Part shown: one piece after another, positions 16,938-25,539 of the stretch
Numbering within the stretch: position 1 is the stretch's first letter
How the letters are laid out: each line of letters starts with the position of its first letter
Assembly (NCBI GenBank): GCA_022844165.1
Contig: JALHMH010000001.1
Span: 96,001 to 160,000 of the forward strand
Origin: Lysobacterales bacterium
GTDB taxonomy: Bacteria; Pseudomonadota; Gammaproteobacteria; Xanthomonadales; SZUA-5
Reading direction: 5' to 3'
DNA: 64,000 nucleotides
Notes under the pieces: model-generated
Databases searched by the model: none
What the model saw: the letters and a program-made list of their open reading frames with translations, nothing else
What the model was told of the DNA's origin: nothing
Made by a program: the position numbers and the translations under genes

Positions 16938-18655
16938 ATGAAACCCCTAGACGCACTCCATCGAGCTGCCGACCTCGGAGATCTCGAAACTGTCGTCGCG
17001 CTAGCGCACGGTGAAGCACTAAATCGCTTCGACGCTGCCGGCCTGACGCCGCTGATGATCGCGGCGAGTAGTGCGCAATCGGGTCCGGAGATCTTGCAGG
17101 CGCTGATCGATGCGGGTGCCAAGGTGAACATCGGCGCGCAGCGCGAATACGACCGCGGCCGCACGCCGCTGTCGTTTGCGTTGGCGGCTTGCGATGTTCG
17201 CAAGGCGCGATTGCTGCTGGATGCGGGTGCGGACATTCATGTCTCGCGCAATGGCGGCTCGGTGCTGATTGACGCTGCGTATGGCGCAACGTGGCGAACG
17301 CAGGAGGAGCTGCTGCCGTTACTGGCCTTGCTCATCGAGCGGGGCGCGAAGCTGGATGTGGTCACTCAATATGGCGAATCCGCCTTGTCGGTCCTGTCGA
17401 ACATCGGCCACTTCGAAGGCGTGCGTTGTTTGCTGGCGGCCGGCGCGCGTCCGACGCCGCTGAAATGGTCGGCGCTGCATCGGGCCATCGCGCTGGGCAC
17501 ATTGGCGGACGTCAACGCGGCCCTGGACGCAGGCGAAGATGCGGAAGGACGGGACGGCAGCGCACGCCGTTGCTGCTGGCAATTCAAACAGGCGATCAGC
17601 ACAAGGTTGAGCTGTTGCTGCTGCATGGTGTGGCGCGCAACGCCCGTGGACGTTGTGGCAAGCCGGCGGTGTTCTATGCCATCGAAATGCAAAACGTCGC
17701 GATGTTGTCTTGGCTGGTCGAGCAAGGCTTCTCATTGCTGGACTCGGATAAACACGGCAAATCGGCGTTGGCTCGCGCGTGCGAGAGCGGCTGCTTCGAA
17801 GCGGTGCGAGCGCTGCTCGATGCCGGGCACGATCCCGATCAACATCAGGACCATCTCAACGCACTGTACCGCTGTCGTGAGGTGACGACGGCACGGGCGT
17901 TGCTCGACGCTGGCGCGGACCCGAACATCCTGCAGTTCGAGATTCGGCGTGCGCTGGTGGGTCTGCCCGCCGAACCCTGTTTCCGCCAGCTCAATGTGAC
18001 GTCCGAGGCGTTCTGGCACGGCGCGCAACGGCGCTTCGGTGTGAGCAATCCTGAGCGCATGGACGATCCATTCTGGATGGCCATGGTGCGATCCGGGATC
18101 AGTGCCTGGCTGGCGCGAACGCAGTTCAGCGACAAACCGTCGTCCATTGAGCATCCGGTGTGGTGCGCGGAGCGATTCGGTCAGTCCATCAGTTTTCTGC
18201 CCGACGGGCGAATCATCCAGGTCGCGGGCGAACACGAGGATGGCTATGACCCGGACTTCTGCATCTACAACGATGTGTTTGTGCACTACCCGGATGGTCG
18301 CATCGAGATCTATGGCTATCCAGATGCGGTTTTTCCGCCGACCGATTTCCACACGGCCACGCTCGTGGGCGACACGATCTACCTTATCGGCTCGCTCGGC
18401 TACAGGCACCATCGCGTTCCCGGCGTAACGCAGGTTTTCGCACTCGACACGCGCACGCTGCGCATCACCCGATTGGAAACCAGCGGCGACTCTCCAGGAT
18501 CGATCTACAGGCACCGCGCAGTGCGGACGCCGACCGGGCGCATCCGCGTATTCGGTGGTCGCATCGAGCATGGCGATGATGTGCAAAGCGACAACGACGC
18601 AATGTTCGAGCTGGATCTGGCCCGATGGGTTTGGATTCGCCTCAGGGACGAGTGA
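16938..18655 (+). pseudogene. Frameshifted ankyrin-repeat protein with C-terminal Kelch-like domain
   Basis: Ankyrin repeats (GLTPLMIAA, GRTPLSFAL, GESALS) continue in another frame after ~17557 (QRTPLLLAI); C-terminus FGQSISFLPDGR..GEHEDGYDPDFCIYND, DFHTATLVG. Confidence 0.75.
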
Positions 18656-18688
18656 GGGACCGCGAGGCCGTAGCGGGCGTTCGCCGGC

Positions 18689-19258
18689 TCAAGGCGTCAT
18701 TCGCGCCAACAAGCGTTCGAACTCGCCCATCGCGTGCGAATCGTCTTTGGCGGCCAGTAACGGCGCGACAGCGGTGCGGACGGCGTTGAGGTCGAGGCCG
18801 TCCGGGCCGTATCGACGCAAGACCATCTCGACATCGCGCCAGTCGATCGGGCGACCGGCGAAGATCTTCATCGTCAGCAAATCTTCGGCCGAACAGGTTC
18901 GCAACAAAACGCCTGGCGCGAATTCGAACGACGATGAACGGGCGATCATGTCCGCCTCGAAGGGCAACGCGGTGAGCGTGGCGTCGATACCGACACCAGC
19001 TGCCGTGCTGAGCAGCAGCACGCGATAGCGCTCGGCGAAAGCGCGCGCGTCGCCGCGCCGCGCCGGAAAGGCCGCGAGCAAGACGTCGATAACATGCGCT
19101 TCGTTGCCCAGACCGGTGAGCACGGCGACATCGACATCGCGCGTGACGCGAGGTTCGGCATGGCGTTGTGCGGCAAAGCCACCGATGAAGCAAAAACCGA
19201 TGCCGGCTTCTTCCAGCACTCGCTGCACCGCTATCGCCGCATCGATCAGGACGTTCAT
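18689..19258 (-). CDS. Nucleotidyltransferase (AbiEii/AbiGii/DUF6036-like), putative toxin
   Basis: FIGGFA...PRVTRDVD NTase motif; EDLLTMKIFAGRPIDWRDV. Confidence 0.8.
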   Translation of the reverse strand: MNVLIDAAIAVQRVLEEAGIGFCFIGGFAAQRHAEPRVTRDVDVAVLTGLGNEAHVIDVLLAAFPARRGDARAFAERYRVLLLSTAAGVGIDATLTALPFEADMIARSSSFEFAPGVLLRTCSAEDLLTMKIFAGRPIDWRDVEMVLRRYGPDGLDLNAVRTAVAPLLAAKDDSHAMGEFERLLARMTP

Positions 19259-19464
19259 CGCAGCTTGGCGAAAATGCGCTGCATTTCAACCAGGCCCGAG
19301 CTGTCCGACAGCGGCTTTAAGAACACGGCGGAGTCGATCATGCTGGACAGTTGCGCCATCGCCACCGGCAGCGGCGTGGAGCGCAGTTCCTCATCGCGTA
19401 TCGCTTCGAGGATCGGCGAGACCTCGCGCCAGGCGGTAACAAAGGTTTCGAGTTCTTTGGTCAT
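19255..19464 (-). CDS. Small protein coupled to the NTase gene, putative antitoxin
   Basis: Stop overlaps NTase start (ATGA); W...PILEAIRDEELR..SGLVEMQRIFAKL. Confidence 0.6.
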   Translation of the reverse strand: MTKELETFVTAWREVSPILEAIRDEELRSTPLPVAMAQLSSMIDSAVFLKPLSDSSGLVEMQRIFAKLR

Positions 19465-19491
19465 TGGCTTAGCGATCCGTAACGCGGCGGC

Positions 19492-19575
19492 ATACTCGTG
19501 TTTGATCGGACTTTGTTCCTCAAACGCCAGGTACTCGGCAACCGACATCGAAGGCTGAACTTCGGGCATCGGCAA
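19492..19575 (-). pseudogene. N-terminal remnant of Uma2-family endonuclease
   Basis: MSVAEYLAFEEQSPIKHEY is the typical Uma2/DUF820 N-terminus; catalytic domain absent. Confidence 0.65.
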
Positions 19576-19626
19576 ACCCTCTCTCGGACTGCGCCCGGAT
19601 GATAGCCAATACCCACGCGAGCGATC

Positions 19627-20025
19627 TCAAGCAAGCGCGCGAAGATCGACAGCATCCGCTGGAAACGACTTCAGCAGTTTCGCGTCTGCCGTAACCAATT
19701 TGACGCGTAGGCGCTTGGCGAGCGCGACGAACTCGCAATCGTAGGCGGAGTGTCCGCTTTGCGATGCAAGGTTCAGGACCTCAAAAGAATCTACGTCGTA
19801 CTCACGGTCCGCCAGTTGTTCTTCTGCTTCGCGCTGAATCTGAAACGCTTGTTCGAACGACAGCAAGTTCGTGCGTATGTGGAGCGCGTGGATGTTGCGG
19901 AACTCGCTGCGCCATAGATGCGGGACGATCCAATCCGAATCAGTGCTCAACAGTCTCTCGGCGCGTTCGGTGAAGTCGCCCGGAAGAAATAGACAGGCGA
20001 TGACGTTGGTATCGACGACGATCAT
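19627..20025 (-). CDS. vapC: VapC/PIN-domain toxin
   Basis: IVVDTNV, WRSEF, SAYDCEFVALA, LVTADAKL. Confidence 0.9.
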   Translation of the reverse strand: MIVVDTNVIACLFLPGDFTERAERLLSTDSDWIVPHLWRSEFRNIHALHIRTNLLSFEQAFQIQREAEEQLADREYDVDSFEVLNLASQSGHSAYDCEFVALAKRLRVKLVTADAKLLKSFPADAVDLRALA

Positions 20026-20267
20026 CGTCTGCCTTGGCGTTTAAACTTGTCGATGCGTTCCGCCGCGTACAGTTCCACCGGCAACGACTCTCGGAGCGCG
20101 CGCGCGCGCGCAATCCGGTCGGCCGCCGTCGGCTTTCGTGGCAACAACGCCGCTTCGAGCAAAGCGATTGCCTCACTATTCAAACTGCGGCGCTGTAATT
20201 CGGCCGTGGCCTTCAGGCGCTCGTACACATCGTCCGGTATGCCTTTCAGCGTCAACGTTGTGGGCAT
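20022..20267 (-). CDS. Arc/FitA-like ribbon-helix-helix antitoxin
   Basis: TLTLKGIPDDVYERLK..AELQRRSLNSE; 4-nt overlap with vapC. Confidence 0.88.
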   Translation of the reverse strand: MPTTLTLKGIPDDVYERLKATAELQRRSLNSEAIALLEAALLPRKPTAADRIARARALRESLPVELYAAERIDKFKRQGRR

Positions 20268-20280
20268 GAATGACCTCGTT

Positions 20281-20301
20281 CATAATGGAACCATTATGGT
20301 T
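20281..20301. promoter_or_regulatory. Putative operator of the RHH-VapC operon
   Basis: Perfect inverted repeat CATAATGG-AA-CCATTATG overlapping AACCAT-T-ATGGTT, just upstream of the antitoxin start. Confidence 0.65.
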
Positions 20302-20641
20302 GCCTTGGTTTTAGGGATCAATCGGAGGTTGCGTATTCCACGCATGCCGGTCACCAAGCCATGCCGGTTGGGTGCAAAAGGTGTTTCACTGCCCTTTGAA
20401 TTACATCGTCGCGGCAATGTTCTTTTAGCTGTTTTGATCTCCTTTGTCTGGAACGTTTGAACGCCGTTCGCGCACAGCAAAATCGCGTAAGCATCGGCGG
20501 ACGGCTGTCCATGACCACAGTCTCGATTCCCGGTTTGCCTGTCGTTCCGTACGCCTGTGCCGCCATTTCTTCGACGTATGGTGGCATCTGGCAAACAGCG
20601 CGTACTTCAGCGAATACTTGATGCAACGATTGCTGAAGGAG

Positions 20642-20953
20642 ATGGCTGTGCCCGGATTCATCGTGTTCATGTACAACGACGTCGTCACTCGAGAGTTGGC
20701 AAATGACGATCAAAGGTGGGGCGACTATCTCGCCCGGCTGAAGGCAACAGGACGCTTCGGCGGAGGTAGCTCAATCGGTCAAGGCTGGAAGTTCAAGAAG
20801 GGCTCGCGGCCATCGCCGTCCGAACTCGGCATTGATGGATTTATGCGTGTCGAAGCTAAGGACGAGGAAGAGGCGAGGGAGGTTCTACAAGGCAATCCGA
20901 ATGACGAAGCTGGCGGAACCGTTGAGATCCGAGTACTTTTAGAAGACGCATAG
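20642..20953 (+). CDS. YciI/DGPF-family protein
   Basis: GFMRVEAKDEEEA...NP..AGGTVEIR. Confidence 0.75.
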   Translation: MAVPGFIVFMYNDVVTRELANDDQRWGDYLARLKATGRFGGGSSIGQGWKFKKGSRPSPSELGIDGFMRVEAKDEEEAREVLQGNPNDEAGGTVEIRVLLEDA

Positions 20954-21080
20954 CCCATTCTCGACTGGCCTCACGGGCGCAAAATGTGTGCATCACAACC
21001 TTTGATCCGTTTTGCGACCCTGGGCACCCAGATCGCCAGGTAGGCGAGATACCCTCAGGCAACCCGAAGCCTATCTGACA

Positions 21081-21644
21081 ATGACACCGACGTTTTTCGA
21101 AACTGCCGCAGATTTTCGTGTCTGGCTTGAGGCGAATCACGGCACCGCCGTCGAACTGATCGTAGGCTTCCGCAAAATCGGAACCGGACAACCCAGCATG
21201 ACATGGCCCGCGTCCGTCGACGAAGCTCTGTGCTTCGGCTGGATTGATGGCGTGCGCAAGCGGATTGACGACAGTTCGTACCAGGTTCGTTTCACCCCCC
21301 GAAAGAAGGGCTCGATCTGGAGCGTTGTCAACGTTCGGAAGGTTGAGGCCCTGCTCGCGAACGGTCGCATGTGTCCGTCCGGGATTGCGGCTTACGAAGC
21401 GAGAACAGAGCGCAAAACGGGGGTTTATGCGTTTGAAAGGCAGGCACCTGCCGAGCTGGAAGACTCAGAGTTGCGAGTCTTCACGCAAAACACTGGCGCT
21501 TGGAAATACTTCGAATCCTGCCCACCGAGCTACCGGAGAGTCATGCTTCATTGGGTGGTCAGTGCCCGACTGACCCAAACCCGAGCGCGCCGTTTGTCCC
21601 AGCTCATCGAGGCGTGTGCAGAGCAAAGACGCATTCTCAAGTAG
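21081..21644 (+). CDS. YdeI/OmpD-associated family protein
   Basis: FRVWLEANH, VDEALCFGWIDG, FTPRK..SIWS..N, PSYRR..LHWV.SA..TRARRL. Confidence 0.9.
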   Translation: MTPTFFETAADFRVWLEANHGTAVELIVGFRKIGTGQPSMTWPASVDEALCFGWIDGVRKRIDDSSYQVRFTPRKKGSIWSVVNVRKVEALLANGRMCPSGIAAYEARTERKTGVYAFERQAPAELEDSELRVFTQNTGAWKYFESCPPSYRRVMLHWVVSARLTQTRARRLSQLIEACAEQRRILK

Positions 21645-21840
21645 CACGTTGAGGGCATGCGCTGACGGCTTTCGAATTGCGCCCCTGAGCGCTTGTATCA
21701 GCGCGGCTTGGATCATCGTCCGTACTCCGACAGATGGGCGCAACTTGCAGAGCGACCGGCAGGTCCTGGCCTCGCTTGCGAGGCGATACGCATCGCATTC
21801 ATGCAGAATGCAGAGCCTACCTGCGCCAGGCCGCCGAACG

Positions 21841-22239
21841 ATGACATTACCGATCACTGCACTCTACTCCGGCCTATGCGGCATCCTTGTACTGGTGCTT
21901 GCGTATCGTGTCGTGGCGATGCGGCGGCGATTGCGCGTTGGCATTGGCGATGGCAACAACAGCGACTTGGCACGCCGAATTCGCATTCATGCCAATGCCA
22001 TCGAACACATCCCACTGGTGTTGATATTGCTTGCCTTGGCGGAGGGTCTGGCGGTCCCTGCACTCGTGCTGCACGTGTGTGGCGGCATTCTTGTGCTGGC
22101 GCGTGTGATGCACGCAGTCGGCATGACGCACTCGGCTGGCCATAGCCCGGGCCGATTCTGGGGCGTTTTGTTCACCTGGCTTGTGCTGGTGACTCTGGCA
22201 CTGTCGAATATCGTCTTTGCGTTGTTGCGAGGTCTGTGA
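21841..22239 (+). CDS. MAPEG family membrane protein
   Basis: VGIGDG, RIHANAIEHIP, ARVMHAVG. Confidence 0.88.
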   Translation: MTLPITALYSGLCGILVLVLAYRVVAMRRRLRVGIGDGNNSDLARRIRIHANAIEHIPLVLILLALAEGLAVPALVLHVCGGILVLARVMHAVGMTHSAGHSPGRFWGVLFTWLVLVTLALSNIVFALLRGL

Positions 22240-22685
22240 TGCGAACTGCCATTTCGTTGTGCTTGTTGCTGCTCTTGACGGCATGTTCTGGCGCGCCGAA
22301 GCGGGTCATCGGGCCGCCTCTGATCAGCGTGCAGGAGGTCGAACAACGCGGCGATCGATTTGTGGCGCGCGTACGAATCGACAGCCCTTCGAGCGACCCG
22401 ATCACGGTGACGCAGTTCGATTTTGAGTTCAGGCCCGGCGGCAGCGCGGGCGTGCGCGGCAGCCAGTCCTTGAATCTGACCCTGCCACCCGTCGCGGGCG
22501 ATGTCGTCGTCATTGATCTGGCTGCTGTTAACGAACTGCCCGACTTAGCCGCACTTTCGGGGGGAGACTCCATGCGCTACGTGTTAGAAGGCGAACTTAC
22601 GGTCGACCGGTTGCGCCGTAAGTTCCCGGTGAAATACCAAGGCCGACTTCGCCCAACACCGGGCAAACCTGGTTCTTATCGCTGA
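22239..22685 (+). CDS. Lipoprotein, LEA type-2-like
   Basis: Lipobox LTAC; beta-rich; C-terminal L.PTPG.PG.YR. Confidence 0.7.
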   Translation: MRTAISLCLLLLLTACSGAPKRVIGPPLISVQEVEQRGDRFVARVRIDSPSSDPITVTQFDFEFRPGGSAGVRGSQSLNLTLPPVAGDVVVIDLAAVNELPDLAALSGGDSMRYVLEGELTVDRLRRKFPVKYQGRLRPTPGKPGSYR

Positions 22686-22715
22686 TCGTCAACGCCTGAC
22701 TTTGAGGAATCCCAA

Positions 22716-24509
22716 ATGAAATACACTGCTCCATTAGCCGATATGCGCTTTGCGCTTTACGATGTGCTGAATGCGCCTGCCGTCTGGAACAGCCTTCCTG
22801 GCGGCGAAGATCACACGCGGGATCTGGTCGATGCGGTGTTGGATGAGGGCGCAAAATTTTGCGAACAGGTGCTGATCGAAACGAATCAAATCGGCGACGA
22901 AGAAGGCTGCCATTTCGACAAGGACAGCAAAGCCGTTACCACACCCCAGGCATTTAGGGATGCGTACAACCGATTCGTCGAAGGTGGCTGGACGGGTCTT
23001 TGTGGCGATCCAAAGTATGGCGGGCAAGGCATGCCCGAAAGCGTCGGCTATGTTTTTAAGGAAATGATCGAGTCGTGCAATGTCGCGTGGGGTACCTATC
23101 CCTTGTTGTCGGCTGGCGCCGTTGATGCGCTGGTGCACCATGGCGAAGAGTGGCAACGCGAGATTTTCATTCCGCGCATCTTGTCGGGCGAATGGACCGG
23201 AACCATGTGTCTGACCGAACCGCATTGCGGCTCCGATCTGGGATTGCTGCGCACGCGTGCCGAACCGCTGGGCGCCGATGCGTATGCGATCAGTGGCACC
23301 AAGATCTTTATCACCGCTGGCGAGCACGATATGAGCCAGAACATCGTGCATCTGGTTTTGGCGCGGCTTCCCGACGCGCCCGCGGGCACCAAGGGCATCA
23401 GCATGTTCATCGTGCCCAAGTTCAAGGTCGAACGCGACGGCTCCGTGGGCGAACGTAACAGCGTTGCCGCAGGCAATATCGAGCATAAGATGGGACTCAA
23501 AGGCTCGGCGACCTGCGTGATGAATTTCGACGGCGCCGTGGGTTACCTGATTGGCCAGCCCAATCGCGGCTTGAACGCGATGTTTACCATGATGAATACC
23601 GCGCGGCTGGGTGTTGGTGTGCAAGGGCTGGGACTGATCGAAGTGTCGCATCAGAATGCGCTGGCGTATGCCAAAGACCGCTTGCAGATGCGCTCCCTGT
23701 CGGGCGCTAAACGGCCCGACAAGCCGGCCGATCCGATCATCGTGCACCCCGATGTGCGGCGTATGTTGATGACTCAGAAAGCCATCGCCGAGGCCGGTCG
23801 GGCGCTGTGTTTCTATTCGGCGCTACAGGTCGATCTGGTTGCCAGGGCCGAAGATGCGCAAGCGCGTAAACGCGCCGACGATGTGCTGTCGTTCTTGACC
23901 CCGATCAGTAAAGCCATGCTGACCGAGCTGGCCATCGAGTGCACAAGTCACGGCATCCAGGTGCTTGGCGGACATGGTTATGTGCGCGAGTGGGGGCTCG
24001 AGCAATTGATGCGCGATGCGCGCATCACCACCATCTACGAAGGCACAACGCAAATCCAGGCGCTGGATTTGCTCGGCCGAAAAATCATGGGGCAACAGGC
24101 GGCGGGTCTGCGCCACTTCCTGGCCGATGTCTCAGCGTTCTGTGCAACTCACCATGACCACCCGCAAGCGGGCACCTATGTGCGCCGTGTCGGCGAATTG
24201 GCCAGCGAGTGGGAGGCACTGACCCAGGAAATCGGCAAGCGGGCAGCACAAAACGCGGACGAAATCGGCGCCGCAGCTGTCGACTACTTGTACTACTCAG
24301 GCTACGTGACATTTGCATACTTCATGGCGCTCGAGGCCGAAGCCGTCGCACGGCCGAGCTTTGCGGGCACGGCGGAATTCCGCGATGCAAAATTGGCGAC
24401 GGTGCGTTTTTACTTCGAACGCATTCTGCCGCGGACCTTGTTGCACGCAGCCGGTGTTCGTGCCAGCGCGGAATCGCTCACCAGCGGCGTTGAAGCTGCG
24501 CTGGCCTGA
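22716..24509 (+). CDS. Acyl-CoA dehydrogenase
   Basis: GTMCLTEPHCGSDL, GTKIFIT, IEHKMG, GGHGY, IYEGTTQIQALDL. Confidence 0.95.
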   Translation: MKYTAPLADMRFALYDVLNAPAVWNSLPGGEDHTRDLVDAVLDEGAKFCEQVLIETNQIGDEEGCHFDKDSKAVTTPQAFRDAYNRFVEGGWTGLCGDPKYGGQGMPESVGYVFKEMIESCNVAWGTYPLLSAGAVDALVHHGEEWQREIFIPRILSGEWTGTMCLTEPHCGSDLGLLRTRAEPLGADAYAISGTKIFITAGEHDMSQNIVHLVLARLPDAPAGTKGISMFIVPKFKVERDGSVGERNSVAAGNIEHKMGLKGSATCVMNFDGAVGYLIGQPNRGLNAMFTMMNTARLGVGVQGLGLIEVSHQNALAYAKDRLQMRSLSGAKRPDKPADPIIVHPDVRRMLMTQKAIAEAGRALCFYSALQVDLVARAEDAQARKRADDVLSFLTPISKAMLTELAIECTSHGIQVLGGHGYVREWGLEQLMRDARITTIYEGTTQIQALDLLGRKIMGQQAAGLRHFLADVSAFCATHHDHPQAGTYVRRVGELASEWEALTQEIGKRAAQNADEIGAAAVDYLYYSGYVTFAYFMALEAEAVARPSFAGTAEFRDAKLATVRFYFERILPRTLLHAAGVRASAESLTSGVEAALA

Positions 24510-25458
24510 ACTTGTGCCATTCGCACTGCTCTGCAGACCAGGATTCGAATCCGATCTGATCGCCGAGCTGGGCGCAGCGTCCAGCCCGCAACCCGGGCTG
24601 GTGTTGTGCGAACACTTGCCGCCGTTTCGCGATCTTGTCTTCGCACGCGATGCAATGGAAATCTCGCGCGAGTTGCCGTCGTTGGATGCCCGGGATCGCG
24701 TCACGCCGATTCGTGGCGCACTCGCAGCACTGGCGCCACTCGCATCGGTCGTCGTACTGCATCCTGATGCCGACAGCACGCGACCGCTGGCGCCGTTGGC
24801 AAAGGCCTTGCAGACGCGTCTGCAAGACTTGCAACAACCCGCCGGTGCACGCGGCGTGGTTTGGCTCACAGCGAGCACCTCGGCACTGGTTGGAATTGCG
24901 CGCGGTGGCGTTTTCCCTGGCGGCATACCGCGCTTGAAGTTTCCGCCCGCAGCGCCGTCGCGTTCGACGCTCAAACTCGACGAAGCTATCCACGTGTTGC
25001 TCTCAGTTCAAGACCGCGAACGGCTGTTCAGACCGGGCATGACCGCCGTCGACCTGGGTGCGGCCCCGGGCGGATGGACTTTTCAGTTGGTACAACGTGG
25101 GCTAAACGTGGTCGCTGTCGACAACGGGCGAATCGATGCGCGCCTGTTAGCGAGCGGAAAAGTGGAGCACCGGCGCGAGGATGGTTTTCGCTTTCGAGCG
25201 AAGAAGCCCGTGGATTGGCTGGTGTGCGATATGGTCGAACAACCCTCGCGTGTCGTCGCGCTGATGGTCGAGTGGCTGAGCCAGGGACGCTGTCGGGGCG
25301 CGATTTTTAACCTGAAACTGCCAATGAAGAAGCGTCACGCTGCCTGGATCGAGGCGCGCAAAGAACTGCTGACGCTCAGCAAACGCGGCATGCGGATAAC
25401 GGCGAAGCAGTTGTATCACGATCGCGAAGAAATTACGGTCGCCGTACTGCCGCGATAA
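24490..25458 (+). CDS. rlmM: 23S rRNA C2498 2'-O-methyltransferase
   Basis: CRPGFE, APSRSTLKLDEA, VDLGAAPGGWT, WLVCDMVEQP, FNLKLPMKKR, KQLYHDREEITV; start uncertain. Confidence 0.93.
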   Translation: MKLRWPELVPFALLCRPGFESDLIAELGAASSPQPGLVLCEHLPPFRDLVFARDAMEISRELPSLDARDRVTPIRGALAALAPLASVVVLHPDADSTRPLAPLAKALQTRLQDLQQPAGARGVVWLTASTSALVGIARGGVFPGGIPRLKFPPAAPSRSTLKLDEAIHVLLSVQDRERLFRPGMTAVDLGAAPGGWTFQLVQRGLNVVAVDNGRIDARLLASGKVEHRREDGFRFRAKKPVDWLVCDMVEQPSRVVALMVEWLSQGRCRGAIFNLKLPMKKRHAAWIEARKELLTLSKRGMRITAKQLYHDREEITVAVLPR

Positions 25459-25539
25459 GCTTGAAGAGCTGGATACTTAAGAAGCTGGACCGATGCCACC
25501 AATGTCGTTTGGTTCGGCCGTGCCCTGAGGGCTTCCGCA

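Noticed and set aside
20300-20640. Short ORFs between the RHH antitoxin and the YciI-like gene
   Set aside because: No RBS or motif support on either strand; likely divergent promoter region or decayed sequence
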